Source: Sedimentisphaeraceae bacterium JB056 (GTDB lineage Bacteria > Planctomycetota > Phycisphaerae > Sedimentisphaerales > Sedimentisphaeraceae). From it: a stretch of DNA of 64,000 bases. The position numbers and the translations under genes were made by a program. How positions within the stretch are numbered: the stretch's first letter is position 1; each line of letters starts with the position of its first letter. Below the pieces are notes generated by a model that did not search any database, was not told where the DNA came from, and saw only the letters and a list, made by a program, of their open reading frames with translations. The DNA lies in assembly GCA_044440125.1 (NCBI GenBank), contig JBITAJ010000017.1, positions 1 through 64,000 of the forward strand, read 5' to 3'. Below, in pieces: positions 1 to 9,851 of this stretch.

Positions 1-74
1 AGGTTGATAGGCCGGGTGTGTAAGTGCAGAAATGCATTTAGCTGACCGGTACTAACGGGTGATTACTTGACCAT
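1..74 (+). rRNA. rrl: 23S rRNA, 3' end (partial)
   Basis: aggttgataggccgggtgtgtaag...gctgaccggtactaa...cttgacc matches the conserved 23S 3' terminus; lies upstream of 5S. End coordinate approximate. Confidence 0.93.
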
Positions 75-93
75 ATCAATCAATGACTGATAT

Positions 94-168
94 ATTAGTA
101 ATAAGTCATAAGTAATAAGTGATAAGTCGTAAGTACTTAAAGCTTAGAACTTAATACTTACAACTAAA
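94..168. repeat. Heptamer tandem repeat (ATAAGTN x~6) followed by its inverted counterpart, in the 23S-5S spacer
   Basis: attagta ataagtc ataagta ataagtg ataagtc gtaagta | cttaaag cttagaa cttaata cttacaa; centre of symmetry aagtactt at 131-138. Confidence 0.8.
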
Positions 169-312
169 AGAGTTGACGTTCGATTGTAATTGAAGTTAAA
201 GTCTTACAAAAAAGAGAATACTTGTGCCTTATGCCTTGTGCATATTGACTAAGTATCCTACTCACTATATTTTTGAATACAACGCGGGTCAAACCGCTTA
301 TGTAAACAAGTT

Positions 313-419
313 TGCCGGTGTCCATATTGTTGGGGAAACGCCTGATTCCATTCCGAACTCAGAAGCTAAGCCCAACAAGTCGATGATAGTCGAAAGGCGA
401 AAGTAGATTAACGCCGGCA
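313..419 (+). rRNA. rrf: 5S rRNA (short, ~107 nt)
   Basis: Terminal helix tgccggtg/cgccggca, conserved ccattccgaactcagaagctaag, shortened helix gtcgaaaggc as in planctomycete 5S. Confidence 0.95.
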
Positions 420-423
420 TTAT

Positions 424-464
424 GAAGGCCGCTAAGGGAAACCTCAGCGGCCTTCTTCTTTTTT
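424..464 (+). terminator. Intrinsic terminator of the rRNA operon
   Basis: gaaggccgct..gg-gaaa-cc..agcggccttc stem followed by a T-rich tract. Confidence 0.85.
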
Positions 465-583
465 AAAAGACAAAGGATTTTAACAAATCAGAAGCAAGGA
501 TAAGTTTATTGTAATCAAAAACTTGTGTTTTTACTATAAATTGATAGGCTGATGTGTTATGTCTTTTAAAAGAACAAAAGTTA

Positions 584-612
584 TTGACATTGCTATATGC
601 TGGTGATATAAT
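584..612 (+). promoter_or_regulatory. Sigma70-type promoter for the nusA operon
   Basis: TTGACA (584-589), 17 bp, TATAAT (607-612), with extended -10 TG at 604-605. Confidence 0.8.
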
Positions 613-862
613 GTTCGGCTAATGAATGTTATGTGGCAGCATAACTAAGATAAAAGAACAGGTTAAAGGCACTGGGTTTTTAGGACTTTTTGTGTCTTTT
701 TTTGTATAATGTTGGAATAAATGGCTGACAGGATATGCTTCAGACTGCTGACTTTAAAACGATGATAATAGGGGATGAGTGCTAATGTGCACTTAGCCTT
801 TAAAATTGAATGCAGGGCAATTAACTGCTCTGTGATATATGCGTTTTGTGGACTCTTTTTCT

Positions 863-898
863 GAAGTGGAAACCTGTGGTTTCCGCTTTTTTGTTTTT
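863..898 (+). promoter_or_regulatory. Leader hairpin/attenuator upstream of nusA (rimP-leader-like)
   Basis: AAGTGGAAACC-TGT-GGTTTCCGCTT stem plus T tract, ~20 nt before the nusA ATG. Confidence 0.65.
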
Positions 899-918
899 AT
901 AGAATATAGGAAAAACTT

Positions 919-2094
919 ATGAATCAAGAACTTATAAGGATTGTTGATAATATATCACGCGACAAGAACATCGACCGTGAGTCGATTTTTCAGGATCTTG
1001 AGTCTGCGATGGTTTCCGGTGCTAAGAAACATTTCACACAGGCTGATGCTGAGTTTACCGTTCATATTGACAGAGTAAGTGGTGTGATAACTGCTTATAA
1101 AGATGAAGAGCCTATAGACATCCGTGATCTCGGCCGTATTCCGGCACAAACAGTTAAACAGGTTATGATTCAGAAGATCAAGGCTGATGAACGTGGCAGT
1201 ATCTTTGCTGAATATGTGCAGAGAAAAGGTGAGATCATAACCGGTACGGTTTTACGCCGTGAACGTGGCAAAGTTATCGTTGGACTTCCTAACCGTGTTG
1301 AGGCGGAGCTTGGGAAAAATGAGCAGATAGCAGGTGAGAGCTACAGAAATGGTGAAACAATACGTGCCATGATCTACGATGTAAAAGAGGGTACAAGTCA
1401 GGTAAGAATAAAGCTTTCAAGAACTCATCCGGACTTTGTCAGGAAGATGTTTGAATTGGAAGTGCCGGAGGTTTCTGACGGTATCGTTGAGATACGTGCA
1501 TTATCGCGTGAGGCAGGCTATCGTACTAAGATAGCAGTTGAATCACTTGACGAACGTATTGACCCTATTGGTGCATGCGTTGGAGTACGCGGCAGCAGAA
1601 TTAAAAGCATCGTTGATGAACTCGGCGGTGAAAAAATAGATATAGTCCCATGGAGTGAATCTTCACAGAATTTCATTCTTAATGCAGTTAAGCCGGCAAA
1701 TGCTTCTGAAATAACACTGTGCTTTGAACTTGATAAGGCAGTAGTGGTTGTCGCAGAAGACCAGCTTAGTCTTGCCATAGGCAGGCACGGACAGAATGTA
1801 AGGCTTGCTGCCAGACTCACAGATTGGGATATAGAGATACTTACTCCTACTGAGTATAACCAGAGTGTTGAGAATCTGACAGAGGCTCTGAGGCCTTTGC
1901 TTTCTGAAGATACAAATCTTGTTGATGAGCTTCTTGCACTTGGAATAATATCTCTTGATGATCTTGATGAGGTTGGTGAAACAGCCCTGATAGATGAGCT
2001 TGGATTTGACGAAGAATTTGCGAATAAGGTGATAACGCTTGCCAGAGAGAAACTCAAAGAGGAATACGCTGAAGCAGAACCTAAAACTGAATAG
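919..2094 (+). CDS. nusA: Transcription termination/antitermination factor NusA
   Basis: GRIPAQTVKQV, S1 domain, KH motifs ACVGVRGSRI and SLAIGRHGQNVRLAARLT; synteny with infB. Confidence 0.97.
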   Translation: MNQELIRIVDNISRDKNIDRESIFQDLESAMVSGAKKHFTQADAEFTVHIDRVSGVITAYKDEEPIDIRDLGRIPAQTVKQVMIQKIKADERGSIFAEYVQRKGEIITGTVLRRERGKVIVGLPNRVEAELGKNEQIAGESYRNGETIRAMIYDVKEGTSQVRIKLSRTHPDFVRKMFELEVPEVSDGIVEIRALSREAGYRTKIAVESLDERIDPIGACVGVRGSRIKSIVDELGGEKIDIVPWSESSQNFILNAVKPANASEITLCFELDKAVVVVAEDQLSLAIGRHGQNVRLAARLTDWDIEILTPTEYNQSVENLTEALRPLLSEDTNLVDELLALGIISLDDLDEVGETALIDELGFDEEFANKVITLAREKLKEEYAEAEPKTE

Positions 2095-2172
2095 TATATT
2101 GGGTTTTAGCATAGATTCGGATTTTTCTTACATTTGATGAATGTTTCTGGTTAATTGAAACGGAGATAAAGA

Positions 2173-4791
2173 TTGGCAAAAGCACCGACAAGAGTACATT
2201 TATTAGCTAAAGAACTTGGCATAAAAAGTAAATTGATAATTGATAAATGTCAGGCAAACGGCCTGGACATTAAGAATCATATGTCGACCATTTCAGCGGG
2301 ACTTGAAGCTACTATCCGCGAATGGTTTGCTGACAGCGCAGCGGCAAAAGCGGCAAAAGCGGCAAAAAAAACTAAGTCAGCAGATACAAAAGAAGCGGCC
2401 AAAGTTGAAGCTAAAACTGATTCAGGTCAAGATGTATCTGAACCAGAGGCAGCTGCGCCGACTAAAGAAGATACAGAAAAAGATACGAAATCAGAAACAG
2501 ATCAGAAGCCTGAAGAGACTAAAAAGGCTAAGACTCATAAGATCAATAAGGCAGCTCCCAGACCTGTAGTTGAGCCTGTAATGCATGAGGCTCCTAAAGC
2601 TGATGATGTTAAGCCTGCAGGCCCTCAGCTTAATGCTCCTGCTCCGGCAAAATTGAGTGGTCCAAGAGTTGTAAGAGTTGAAGAGCCCGAGCCAGTCTCA
2701 ACAAGACCTCCCAAAAAGAGACGTCCTCGCAGAGATAAACCGGCGATTGTTAAACCGGCTCCGGTTGATCCGGCAGCGGTAGTGCCTGTTAAAGCTGATA
2801 GTCGCAAGTCTAAGAAACGTAAAGATGATGAAGGCGATTACGGCAAAGGCCGCATAGCAAGAAGCGGCGGCAAACATAAAGTTAAAAATACGGATATTGA
2901 GGAGCGTAAAGCTCGTCTTGCGGCAGCCCGGGGAAGTGATCTCCGTCATAAGCCTGCAAGAAAGATTGAAGTTGGCCGAAAAGGACAGGGTGGCGGTAAG
3001 AAGCAGCAGCAAGTTGTTAAGCATGAAACGCCGGCTAAGGCAGCTATATCTGAACCTATCACAGTTAAAGATCTCGCGGCAGCTCTTACTGTTAAAATTA
3101 ATGATGTAATTCTCAAACTTATGCAGCAGGGTGTCATGGCAACAGCCAATCAGGCAATTGCTACTGATGTTGCAGAGCTTATAGCACTTGACTTTGGAAC
3201 TGAACTTGAAGTTAAAGCTAAAAAGAGGATTGAAGAAGAGATATGCGAAGAATTCAAAAATCGTGAACGCAAGAAGCTTAAGAAACGCCCTGCGGTTGTT
3301 ACAATGCTTGGTCACGTTGACCATGGTAAAACATCGCTTCTTGATAAGATACGTTCTGCTTCAGTTGCGACAGGCGAGGCAGGCGGAATTACCCAGCATA
3401 TGGGAGCTTATCAGGCAGAGCTAAACGGTAAGAAGGTTACTTTCCTTGACACGCCGGGTCACGCGGCATTTACTGCAATGCGTGCTCGCGGTGCTAACAT
3501 GACCGATATCGTTGTTCTTGTTGTTGCGGCTGACGATGGTGTGATGCCTCAGACAGTCGAGGCAATAAGACATGCTCAGGCTGCGGATGTAACTATTATT
3601 GTCGCACTTAACAAGATAGATATTCAAGGTGTTGATGAAAATAAAGTATATGGTCAGCTCGCAGAGTATCAGCTTGTTCCAGTTGAGTGGGGCGGCGATA
3701 CGGAAGTGATAAAAACAAGTGCAGAAACAGGTCAGGGAATTGAAGAGCTTATTGAGCATATTGACCTTGTCGCTGAACTCAATGAATATCAGGCTGATTC
3801 TACTATTCCTGCTACAGGCTGGGTAGTTGAGGCCAAGATGACTACCACTCAAGGTGTTGTTGCGACCTTACTTCTTAAGGAAGGCCGTCTGCGCAAGGGT
3901 GATATAGTCTTTGCCGGTACCGGTTTTGGTAAAGTACGTACTATGCGAAACAGCTATGGAAAGATTCTTAAGGAAGCTACCAGCTCAATGCCTGTTGAGA
4001 TAACGGGTTTAAGTGAAGTACCACAGGCCGGTGATCGTTTTTATGTATTGAACGACTTGAATATGGCAAAGAATGTTGCGGATGAAAACAAATCACTTAT
4101 GCGAGAGGAAAAACTCGCTAAGAGATCGCAGGTTACTCTTGACAACCTCTTCACTCAGATTGAAGCAGGTAATATGAAAGAGCTTAATCTTATCATACGT
4201 GCAGATGTTCAGGGGTCTGTTGACGTACTGATAAAACATCTTACCGATCTGAGTAACGAAGAGATTAATGTCTCTGTTATACATGCTGCGGTAGGTGGTA
4301 TAACTGAAGGTGACGTTGTATTAGCGGAAGCGTCTTCAGCGATTATAATAGGATTTAATGTTGTTCCTGAGGGACAGGTAAGGCAACTGGCTGATTCTAA
4401 AGGTGTTGACGTAAGACTTTACAGTATCATATACAGGATAACTGAAGACCTTAAGGATGCTATGTCTGGTATGCTTGAACCGGAAGAGAAAGAAAGCAGC
4501 CTCGGTAAACTTGTTGTTAGAGATACCTTCAAGGTTCCGGGAGTGGGAACTGTGGCCGGTTGTTATGTAACCGAAGGTGTTATCAAAAGAAATGCCAAGA
4601 TCAGGCTTATACGTAATAACATTATAATTAAAGACAATCTTGAGACAGAGTCTCTGAAGCACTTCAAAGATGATGTTCGTGAAGTTCGAGCAGGTTTTGA
4701 ATGTGGTGTTAAGATCGCTAAGTTCGATGATGTTAAAGTTGATGATGTGATGGAAGCTTACGAGATTGTCAAAATAGCAAGAAAGCTTTGA
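2173..4791 (+). CDS. infB: Translation initiation factor IF-2
   Basis: [39 protein letters not shown]-terminal GFECG. Confidence 0.98.
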   Translation: MAKAPTRVHLLAKELGIKSKLIIDKCQANGLDIKNHMSTISAGLEATIREWFADSAAAKAAKAAKKTKSADTKEAAKVEAKTDSGQDVSEPEAAAPTKEDTEKDTKSETDQKPEETKKAKTHKINKAAPRPVVEPVMHEAPKADDVKPAGPQLNAPAPAKLSGPRVVRVEEPEPVSTRPPKKRRPRRDKPAIVKPAPVDPAAVVPVKADSRKSKKRKDDEGDYGKGRIARSGGKHKVKNTDIEERKARLAAARGSDLRHKPARKIEVGRKGQGGGKKQQQVVKHETPAKAAISEPITVKDLAAALTVKINDVILKLMQQGVMATANQAIATDVAELIALDFGTELEVKAKKRIEEEICEEFKNRERKKLKKRPAVVTMLGHVDHGKTSLLDKIRSASVATGEAGGITQHMGAYQAELNGKKVTFLDTPGHAAFTAMRARGANMTDIVVLVVAADDGVMPQTVEAIRHAQAADVTIIVALNKIDIQGVDENKVYGQLAEYQLVPVEWGGDTEVIKTSAETGQGIEELIEHIDLVAELNEYQADSTIPATGWVVEAKMTTTQGVVATLLLKEGRLRKGDIVFAGTGFGKVRTMRNSYGKILKEATSSMPVEITGLSEVPQAGDRFYVLNDLNMAKNVADENKSLMREEKLAKRSQVTLDNLFTQIEAGNMKELNLIIRADVQGSVDVLIKHLTDLSNEEINVSVIHAAVGGITEGDVVLAEASSAIIIGFNVVPEGQVRQLADSKGVDVRLYSIIYRITEDLKDAMSGMLEPEEKESSLGKLVVRDTFKVPGVGTVAGCYVTEGVIKRNAKIRLIRNNIIIKDNLETESLKHFKDDVREVRAGFECGVKIAKFDDVKVDDVMEAYEIVKIARKL

Positions 4792-4821
4792 TGATCAGGA
4801 CTTTATTTTGTTAATATACGG

Positions 4822-5220
4822 ATGTCAAATATGGAACTGACGCGAAGACAACAGAGAATGGCAAGAAACTTGCGAGATATCGTAAGCGAAGCTATAATGA
4901 ATGATATCAGCGATCCTCGCATGACGGGGCTTGTTAGTATTACTGACATAGAATTATCTCCTGATCTGCGATACGCATCTATATATATACGGTGTTTTGG
5001 TACAGAAAATGAAGCAGCAAAAAAGAAAAGTTTTCTGGCCATAGAGCATGCCCGTGGACATATTCAGTCTAAGCTGGCAGCAGAGTTGAACGTGAGATTT
5101 TGTCCGGTGATATCTTTTCATGAAGACCTTAAACAGGAAAAGGTTAATGAAATGCTTAAACTTATAGAGGAAGTATCCAAAGAGTTTAAGGATGATGAAC
5201 CTCAAAAGGATCCCGACTGA
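4822..5220 (+). CDS. rbfA: Ribosome-binding factor A
   Basis: DPR...ITDIELSPDLRYASIY, P.I.F..D motifs; directly after infB. Confidence 0.93.
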   Translation: MSNMELTRRQQRMARNLRDIVSEAIMNDISDPRMTGLVSITDIELSPDLRYASIYIRCFGTENEAAKKKSFLAIEHARGHIQSKLAAELNVRFCPVISFHEDLKQEKVNEMLKLIEEVSKEFKDDEPQKDPD

Positions 5221-5248
5221 TCTAAATGACTTAATGAGGAAATGACAG

Positions 5249-6001
5249 GTGAAAGATTCTAAACAGTACTCGAAGAAAGTAGCCGCGTTTTATAAAAAAT
5301 ATAAATCAACTACGACCTTGAAACCTTTTGAAAATGAAGACAAGGTTGATAATCTTGTTTATTCAGTTCTTTATGAGCACCTCAGTTGTGAAGAGGTTGA
5401 TTTATGTGCAGAACTGATGAAAAAGCATTTCGTAGATTGGAATGATCTTCGTGTTTCACGAATGGAAGAAGTTCTTGATGTTCTTAGTCCTGCTAATTTA
5501 TCAGTTGATATAAAAAAGAGAGTAGCCAATCAACTCATAAAGAGTTTGAATTGTGTGTTTGCCAAATATGACAGAATATCTTTTGAGGATATCGATGAAC
5601 TTGGTAAGCGTCAGGCGAATCAGGAGCTTTCTGAACTTGAGGAATTTACTCCTTTTATGATTGATTTCCTTATGCTTAATTTCAAGGGAAGTCATTCGCT
5701 ACCTGTTAATCTTAATATGGTTGAATATGCCAAGCGAACAGGGTTGGTACATGCAGATGCCGAGTATCAGGATGTTAGCTCGTTCCTTCAGAGGCAAGTT
5801 TCTGTTGATGATGTTTATGATTTTTATCTTACATTAAGACAACAGGCCGAGGCTCCTGAAGATCAGCAGGAATCTTCTGCTAAAACAAAGAAAAAGACTG
5901 CTGCTAAGAAGACTTCTTCAAAATCATCAAAGAAGGCTTCAACTAAAAAGACAGCCAAGAAGACAACAAAAAAGACAAGCAAGAAAAAGTCAAAAAAATA
6001 A
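5249..6001 (+). CDS. Hypothetical protein: HhH/endonuclease III-like N-terminal region with Lys/Thr/Ser-rich basic tail
   Basis: FVDWNDLRVS motif; tail of KKT/KKS repeats; RBS gaggaa before GTG. Confidence 0.55.
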   Translation: MKDSKQYSKKVAAFYKKYKSTTTLKPFENEDKVDNLVYSVLYEHLSCEEVDLCAELMKKHFVDWNDLRVSRMEEVLDVLSPANLSVDIKKRVANQLIKSLNCVFAKYDRISFEDIDELGKRQANQELSELEEFTPFMIDFLMLNFKGSHSLPVNLNMVEYAKRTGLVHADAEYQDVSSFLQRQVSVDDVYDFYLTLRQQAEAPEDQQESSAKTKKKTAAKKTSSKSSKKASTKKTAKKTTKKTSKKKSKK

Positions 6002-6044
6002 GCTTTTTGGTTTTACAAGAGCTTGATTTTATAAATAAAAATTT

Positions 6045-6093
6045 AATACGGTTTGTTTTGTATTGAGGAAATGTGCAAAGCAAACCGTATTTT
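6045..6093 (+). terminator. Long hairpin ending the nusA operon
   Basis: aatacggtttgttttgtat ... gtgcaaagcaaaccgtatt inverted repeat. Confidence 0.65.
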
Positions 6094-6245
6094 AATATTT
6101 AGCTAATAATTTGCTAATCATTCCGTTTATATTATAATGCAGTAGTATTGAAATAATAAACACTTGGCAGTTTATAGTTTTCTGTTTTTCGATGGAGTAT
6201 TTAGAATGAGAGAGCTATAAATGTATTCTAACGGCGGTTTTAGCG

Positions 6246-6953
6246 ATGAAAAAAATTAGAGTTCTCGTAGTTGAAGACGAAGCAGATGTTCGTGAGCTGA
6301 TAATCTATAATCTCCAGATAAATGGTTTTGATACCGATATAGCGGCTGATGGTCAGGAAGGTCTTGATAAAGCCCGCAAAGGAGATTTTGATATTGTTCT
6401 TCTTGATCTTATGCTTCCGGTTATTGATGGTTTTACTGTTTGTCGCAAGCTTCGAAGCGATAGTTCAACGCTCAAATTGCCTGTTATCATGCTTACGGCT
6501 CGTGGCGAAGAATCTGACATTGTGATGGGTCTTGAGTCAGGAGCAGATGATTATATTACCAAACCATTTAGTCCTAAGATACTTATAGCAAGGATCAATA
6601 CTGTCTTGAGGCGTCCAGAGAGAGATGGCCAAGCGGCTCAGAGTCAAGATGGTGTGATAAATATACATAACATTTCTATTGATACACGTAAATATCAGGT
6701 CTTTGTCGACTCTGACCCTGTTAAACTTACCACTACTGAGTTCAGACTTTTAACTTTTCTTGCGGCACGTCCCGGCTGGGTGTTCACCAGGTATCAAATA
6801 GTTGATGCAGTTCACGGTGCTGATTATCCTGTTACTGACCGTTCTGTCGATGTTCAGGTTGTCGGATTGAGAAAAAAGCTTGGAGATGCAGGCAAATATA
6901 TTGAGACGGTCAGAGGCGTTGGTTACAGATTTGTTGAGACTAACGGAGATTAA
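6246..6953 (+). CDS. phoB: OmpR/PhoB-family response regulator (PhoB-like)
   Basis: Receiver LLDLMLP...GADDYITKPF plus wHTH RSVDVQV..LRKKL..IETVRGVGYRF. Confidence 0.8.
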   Translation: MKKIRVLVVEDEADVRELIIYNLQINGFDTDIAADGQEGLDKARKGDFDIVLLDLMLPVIDGFTVCRKLRSDSSTLKLPVIMLTARGEESDIVMGLESGADDYITKPFSPKILIARINTVLRRPERDGQAAQSQDGVINIHNISIDTRKYQVFVDSDPVKLTTTEFRLLTFLAARPGWVFTRYQIVDAVHGADYPVTDRSVDVQVVGLRKKLGDAGKYIETVRGVGYRFVETNGD

Positions 6954-6955
6954 GT

Positions 6956-8716
6956 ATGGCTCATAAGCGGATTTTCTGGCAAATATTCCCGGCATATATG
7001 GTGGTGGCTGTATTGTCGATTTTGACCGTCCTTTTCTTTTCGACTAAAGAGATAGAAAAGCAAAATCTACTGCAAATGCAGAAAGATCTTGAAGCGATGG
7101 CGAGACTGGTCGCAGACCGCGTTTCTATTGCAGAAGAAAGCCGGATTGATGCCTATTGTGATAAGCTTGGTTCCAAGATAGGTCGCCGTATCACCGTAGT
7201 TTCGTCAACAGGGCGCGTACTTGGAGATAGCGAAAAAAAACCAAGCTCAATGGATAACCATATTGATCGTAAGGAGATACAGGTTGCATTAAAGGGTGAG
7301 GTTGGTATTAATATTCGGTTTAGCGATACCCTTAAACAGAAAATGCTCTATGTTGCGGTTCCTGTAGTTGATGAGGATGGGCTTGTTAGTGCAGTAGCAA
7401 GGGTTTCTGTTTCTAATGAGTTCATAAATGAGATAATTGGCAGTGTAGTTGACGGCATAATAGGTGTCGGTTTATTGACAGCGATTGCAGCAGCCGTAGT
7501 ATCTATTTTGATTTCCAGAAGGATAAGTGAGCCGCTGGTTGTGCTAAGACAGGGGGCAGAACAGTTCAAGACAGGCGATCTTAAGCATCGTCTTTCTGTA
7601 GAAGGCTGTTATGAGACTGCAACACTTGCCCATACAATGAATAACATGGCCAATGAACTCGACAATAAAATTAATGATATAATCAATCAGCGAACAAGAC
7701 AAAAGGCTATTCTCTCAAGCATGACTGAGGCAGTTGTTGCCGTTGATAATACAAAAACACTTATTATGGCCAATGGAGCGGCGAGAGAGTTGTTTGATAT
7801 ACCTGACGATTCTATAGGCAGGGTACTTGAGCAGGTGGCCAGAAATCCGGAGCTTCATCAGGTGGTAGATACTATGTTGAAGCATAGAAGCAGTATTCTT
7901 GATGAAGAGATTACTATCTTTAAAAATAATCAACCGGCCATTCTTCAGGTTCACGCTACTGTTCTCAGCAGTGAGACAGAGGATATCGGTGTTTTGGTTG
8001 TGCTTAATAATGTAACGCAATTGAAGAAACTTGAGAATGTTCGCAAGGAATTTGTTGCGAACGTCTCACATGAGCTCAAGACCCCAATCACATCGATAAA
8101 AGGTTTTGTAGAAACTCTTCGCGATGGAGCTATAAATGATACAGAGAATGCCGTTAAGTTTCTTGATATAATTGCACGACAAACTAACAGGCTCGAATCT
8201 ATAATTGAGGATCTGCTTGCATTATCACGGATTGAGCAGCTTGAGGATGTAAAACAAGTTGAACTTGAGAAACAAACTGTAAAACCGGTATTGTCTGCGG
8301 CTATTTCTGTTTGCCAAAAGAAGGCAAAAGATAGATCAGTCAACATTCATTGTGATTGTAACGAGGCTGTTGAGGCAAGGATCAATCGTAATCTTCTTGA
8401 GCAGGCAGTTGTTAATCTTGTTGATAATGCCGTCAAATACAGTGATAAGGAGCAGGATGTTCTGGTGTCTGCTGTTACTGAGGATAACGCCGTTGTGATA
8501 AAAGTAAAAGATCACGGCTGCGGAATACCAGAGGAAGAATTCGCACGTTTATTCGAAAGATTTTACAGAGTTGACAAGGCAAGGAGCAGGGAACTTGGCG
8601 GAACAGGGCTTGGACTTTCGATTGTCAAGCATATTGTCAAGGCGCACAAGGGATCTGTTACGGTTAAAAGTAAACCTGGAGAAGGCAGCGAGTTCTGTAT
8701 AAATCTTCCACTTTGA
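6956..8716 (+). CDS. phoR: Sensor histidine kinase (PhoR-like; TM-HAMP-PAS-HisKA-HATPase)
   Basis: EFVANVSHELKTP, NLVDNAVKY, FERFYRVDKARSRELGGTGLGLSIVKH. Confidence 0.82.
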   Translation: MAHKRIFWQIFPAYMVVAVLSILTVLFFSTKEIEKQNLLQMQKDLEAMARLVADRVSIAEESRIDAYCDKLGSKIGRRITVVSSTGRVLGDSEKKPSSMDNHIDRKEIQVALKGEVGINIRFSDTLKQKMLYVAVPVVDEDGLVSAVARVSVSNEFINEIIGSVVDGIIGVGLLTAIAAAVVSILISRRISEPLVVLRQGAEQFKTGDLKHRLSVEGCYETATLAHTMNNMANELDNKINDIINQRTRQKAILSSMTEAVVAVDNTKTLIMANGAARELFDIPDDSIGRVLEQVARNPELHQVVDTMLKHRSSILDEEITIFKNNQPAILQVHATVLSSETEDIGVLVVLNNVTQLKKLENVRKEFVANVSHELKTPITSIKGFVETLRDGAINDTENAVKFLDIIARQTNRLESIIEDLLALSRIEQLEDVKQVELEKQTVKPVLSAAISVCQKKAKDRSVNIHCDCNEAVEARINRNLLEQAVVNLVDNAVKYSDKEQDVLVSAVTEDNAVVIKVKDHGCGIPEEEFARLFERFYRVDKARSRELGGTGLGLSIVKHIVKAHKGSVTVKSKPGEGSEFCINLPL

Positions 8717-8728
8717 TTTATTTAATAA

Positions 8729-8770
8729 ACAAGGCCCCGATGTTATGATGCAGCGGAGCCTTGTGATTTT
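8729..8770. terminator. Hairpin between convergent phoR and dapB
   Basis: acaaggc.ccg ... cgg.gccttgt imperfect inverted repeat. Confidence 0.5.
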
Positions 8771-8779
8771 AAGTATTTA

Positions 8780-9574
8780 TCAGAGTCCAAGTACATCTTT
8801 CATATGATATCTTCCCGGCTCTTTTCCTGCCAGCCATAATGCCGCTCTCAGTGCGCCTCTAACGAAGTTGTCGCGGTTGTGTGCGTTGTGGCAGACGGTT
8901 ACCGTTTCGCCGAGCGAAGAGTACATTACTTCGTGGTAGCCAATTATGTCGCCGCCGCGTACGGCATGCATTCCGACTTCACCCTTTTCTCTAAGGGCAT
9001 CGCGGCCTTCCCTGCCGTGAACGACAGCTTCCGGGTATGGCAGGTTTGCGCCTTCACATACTTTTTCGGCAAGTGTGAGAGCCGAACCGCTCGGGGCATC
9101 TTTCTTGAATCTGTGGTGATGTTCTACTATTTCGATATCGTATTGCTCGCCGAGCATCTGGGCGAATTTCCCGACCATTTCGAAAAGGATATTCATACCT
9201 ACACTCATATTTGTCGCTTGAATAACCGGTATCTTCTTGCTTATATCATTTATTCTTGCAAGCTGAGCATCTGTCAGGCCGGTGGTTCCCATGACGAGGG
9301 CCACATTGTTTTGTTCGCAGTAGTCCATTGTTTCGTCTGCCGCCGGTGCAAGAGTGAAATCGATCATTACATCCGCATCTGCCGGTTTCTCTGTTGTCAG
9401 AGGGATATTCAGTTTGCCTATTCCCGCAATTTCTCCAGCATCACGGCCTAAGACAGGGCACGATGGGTGTTCGAGTGCCGCGGCTATTTCAAAGTTTCCG
9501 CTTTCTGCAGCCAGCGTCAGGATTCTTTTTCCCATACGACCGGCAGCTCCGTTGATAACTAATTTAGGTTTCAT
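8780..9574 (-). CDS. dapB: 4-hydroxy-tetrahydrodipicolinate reductase
   Basis: GAAGRMG, GTTG, EHHHRFKKDAPSGSA, AVRGGDIIG.H. Confidence 0.97.
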   Translation of the reverse strand: MKPKLVINGAAGRMGKRILTLAAESGNFEIAAALEHPSCPVLGRDAGEIAGIGKLNIPLTTEKPADADVMIDFTLAPAADETMDYCEQNNVALVMGTTGLTDAQLARINDISKKIPVIQATNMSVGMNILFEMVGKFAQMLGEQYDIEIVEHHHRFKKDAPSGSALTLAEKVCEGANLPYPEAVVHGREGRDALREKGEVGMHAVRGGDIIGYHEVMYSSLGETVTVCHNAHNRDNFVRGALRAALWLAGKEPGRYHMKDVLGL

Positions 9575-9790
9575 ATTTTATTTTTCCTTCGTTCATTTAC
9601 TTGGGCAATTCCTATATTCATGCATCGCAAGGCGATGTTTTTCTGCCCTTGTTAACATTCCATCTCTATAACCAGTCTATCATTATATATAAATCCGCGT
9701 AGAGTTGAAGAACAAAAAGGATTGTATAATTTTCCTAATGGATGGCGTCTAATTTCTTATTCATTCAACGCTCGTATCTATTAACTGAAT

Positions 9791-9830
9791 AAAAAAAGGG
9801 CGGCAGCTTTTATCGGCTACCACCCTTTTT
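9791..9830 (-). terminator. Intrinsic terminator of ppdK
   Basis: Minus strand AGGGTGGTAGC-loop-GCTGCCGCCCT followed by T7. Confidence 0.8.
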
Positions 9831-9851
9831 GTTTTTTACAGCGTTATCGCC

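Noticed and set aside
224..406. 60-aa ORF
   Set aside because: Overlaps the 5S rRNA; spurious
2341..2367. gcggcaaaa x3 tandem repeat in infB
   Set aside because: In-frame 9-mer encoding AAK in the variable IF-2 linker; not a phase-variation tract
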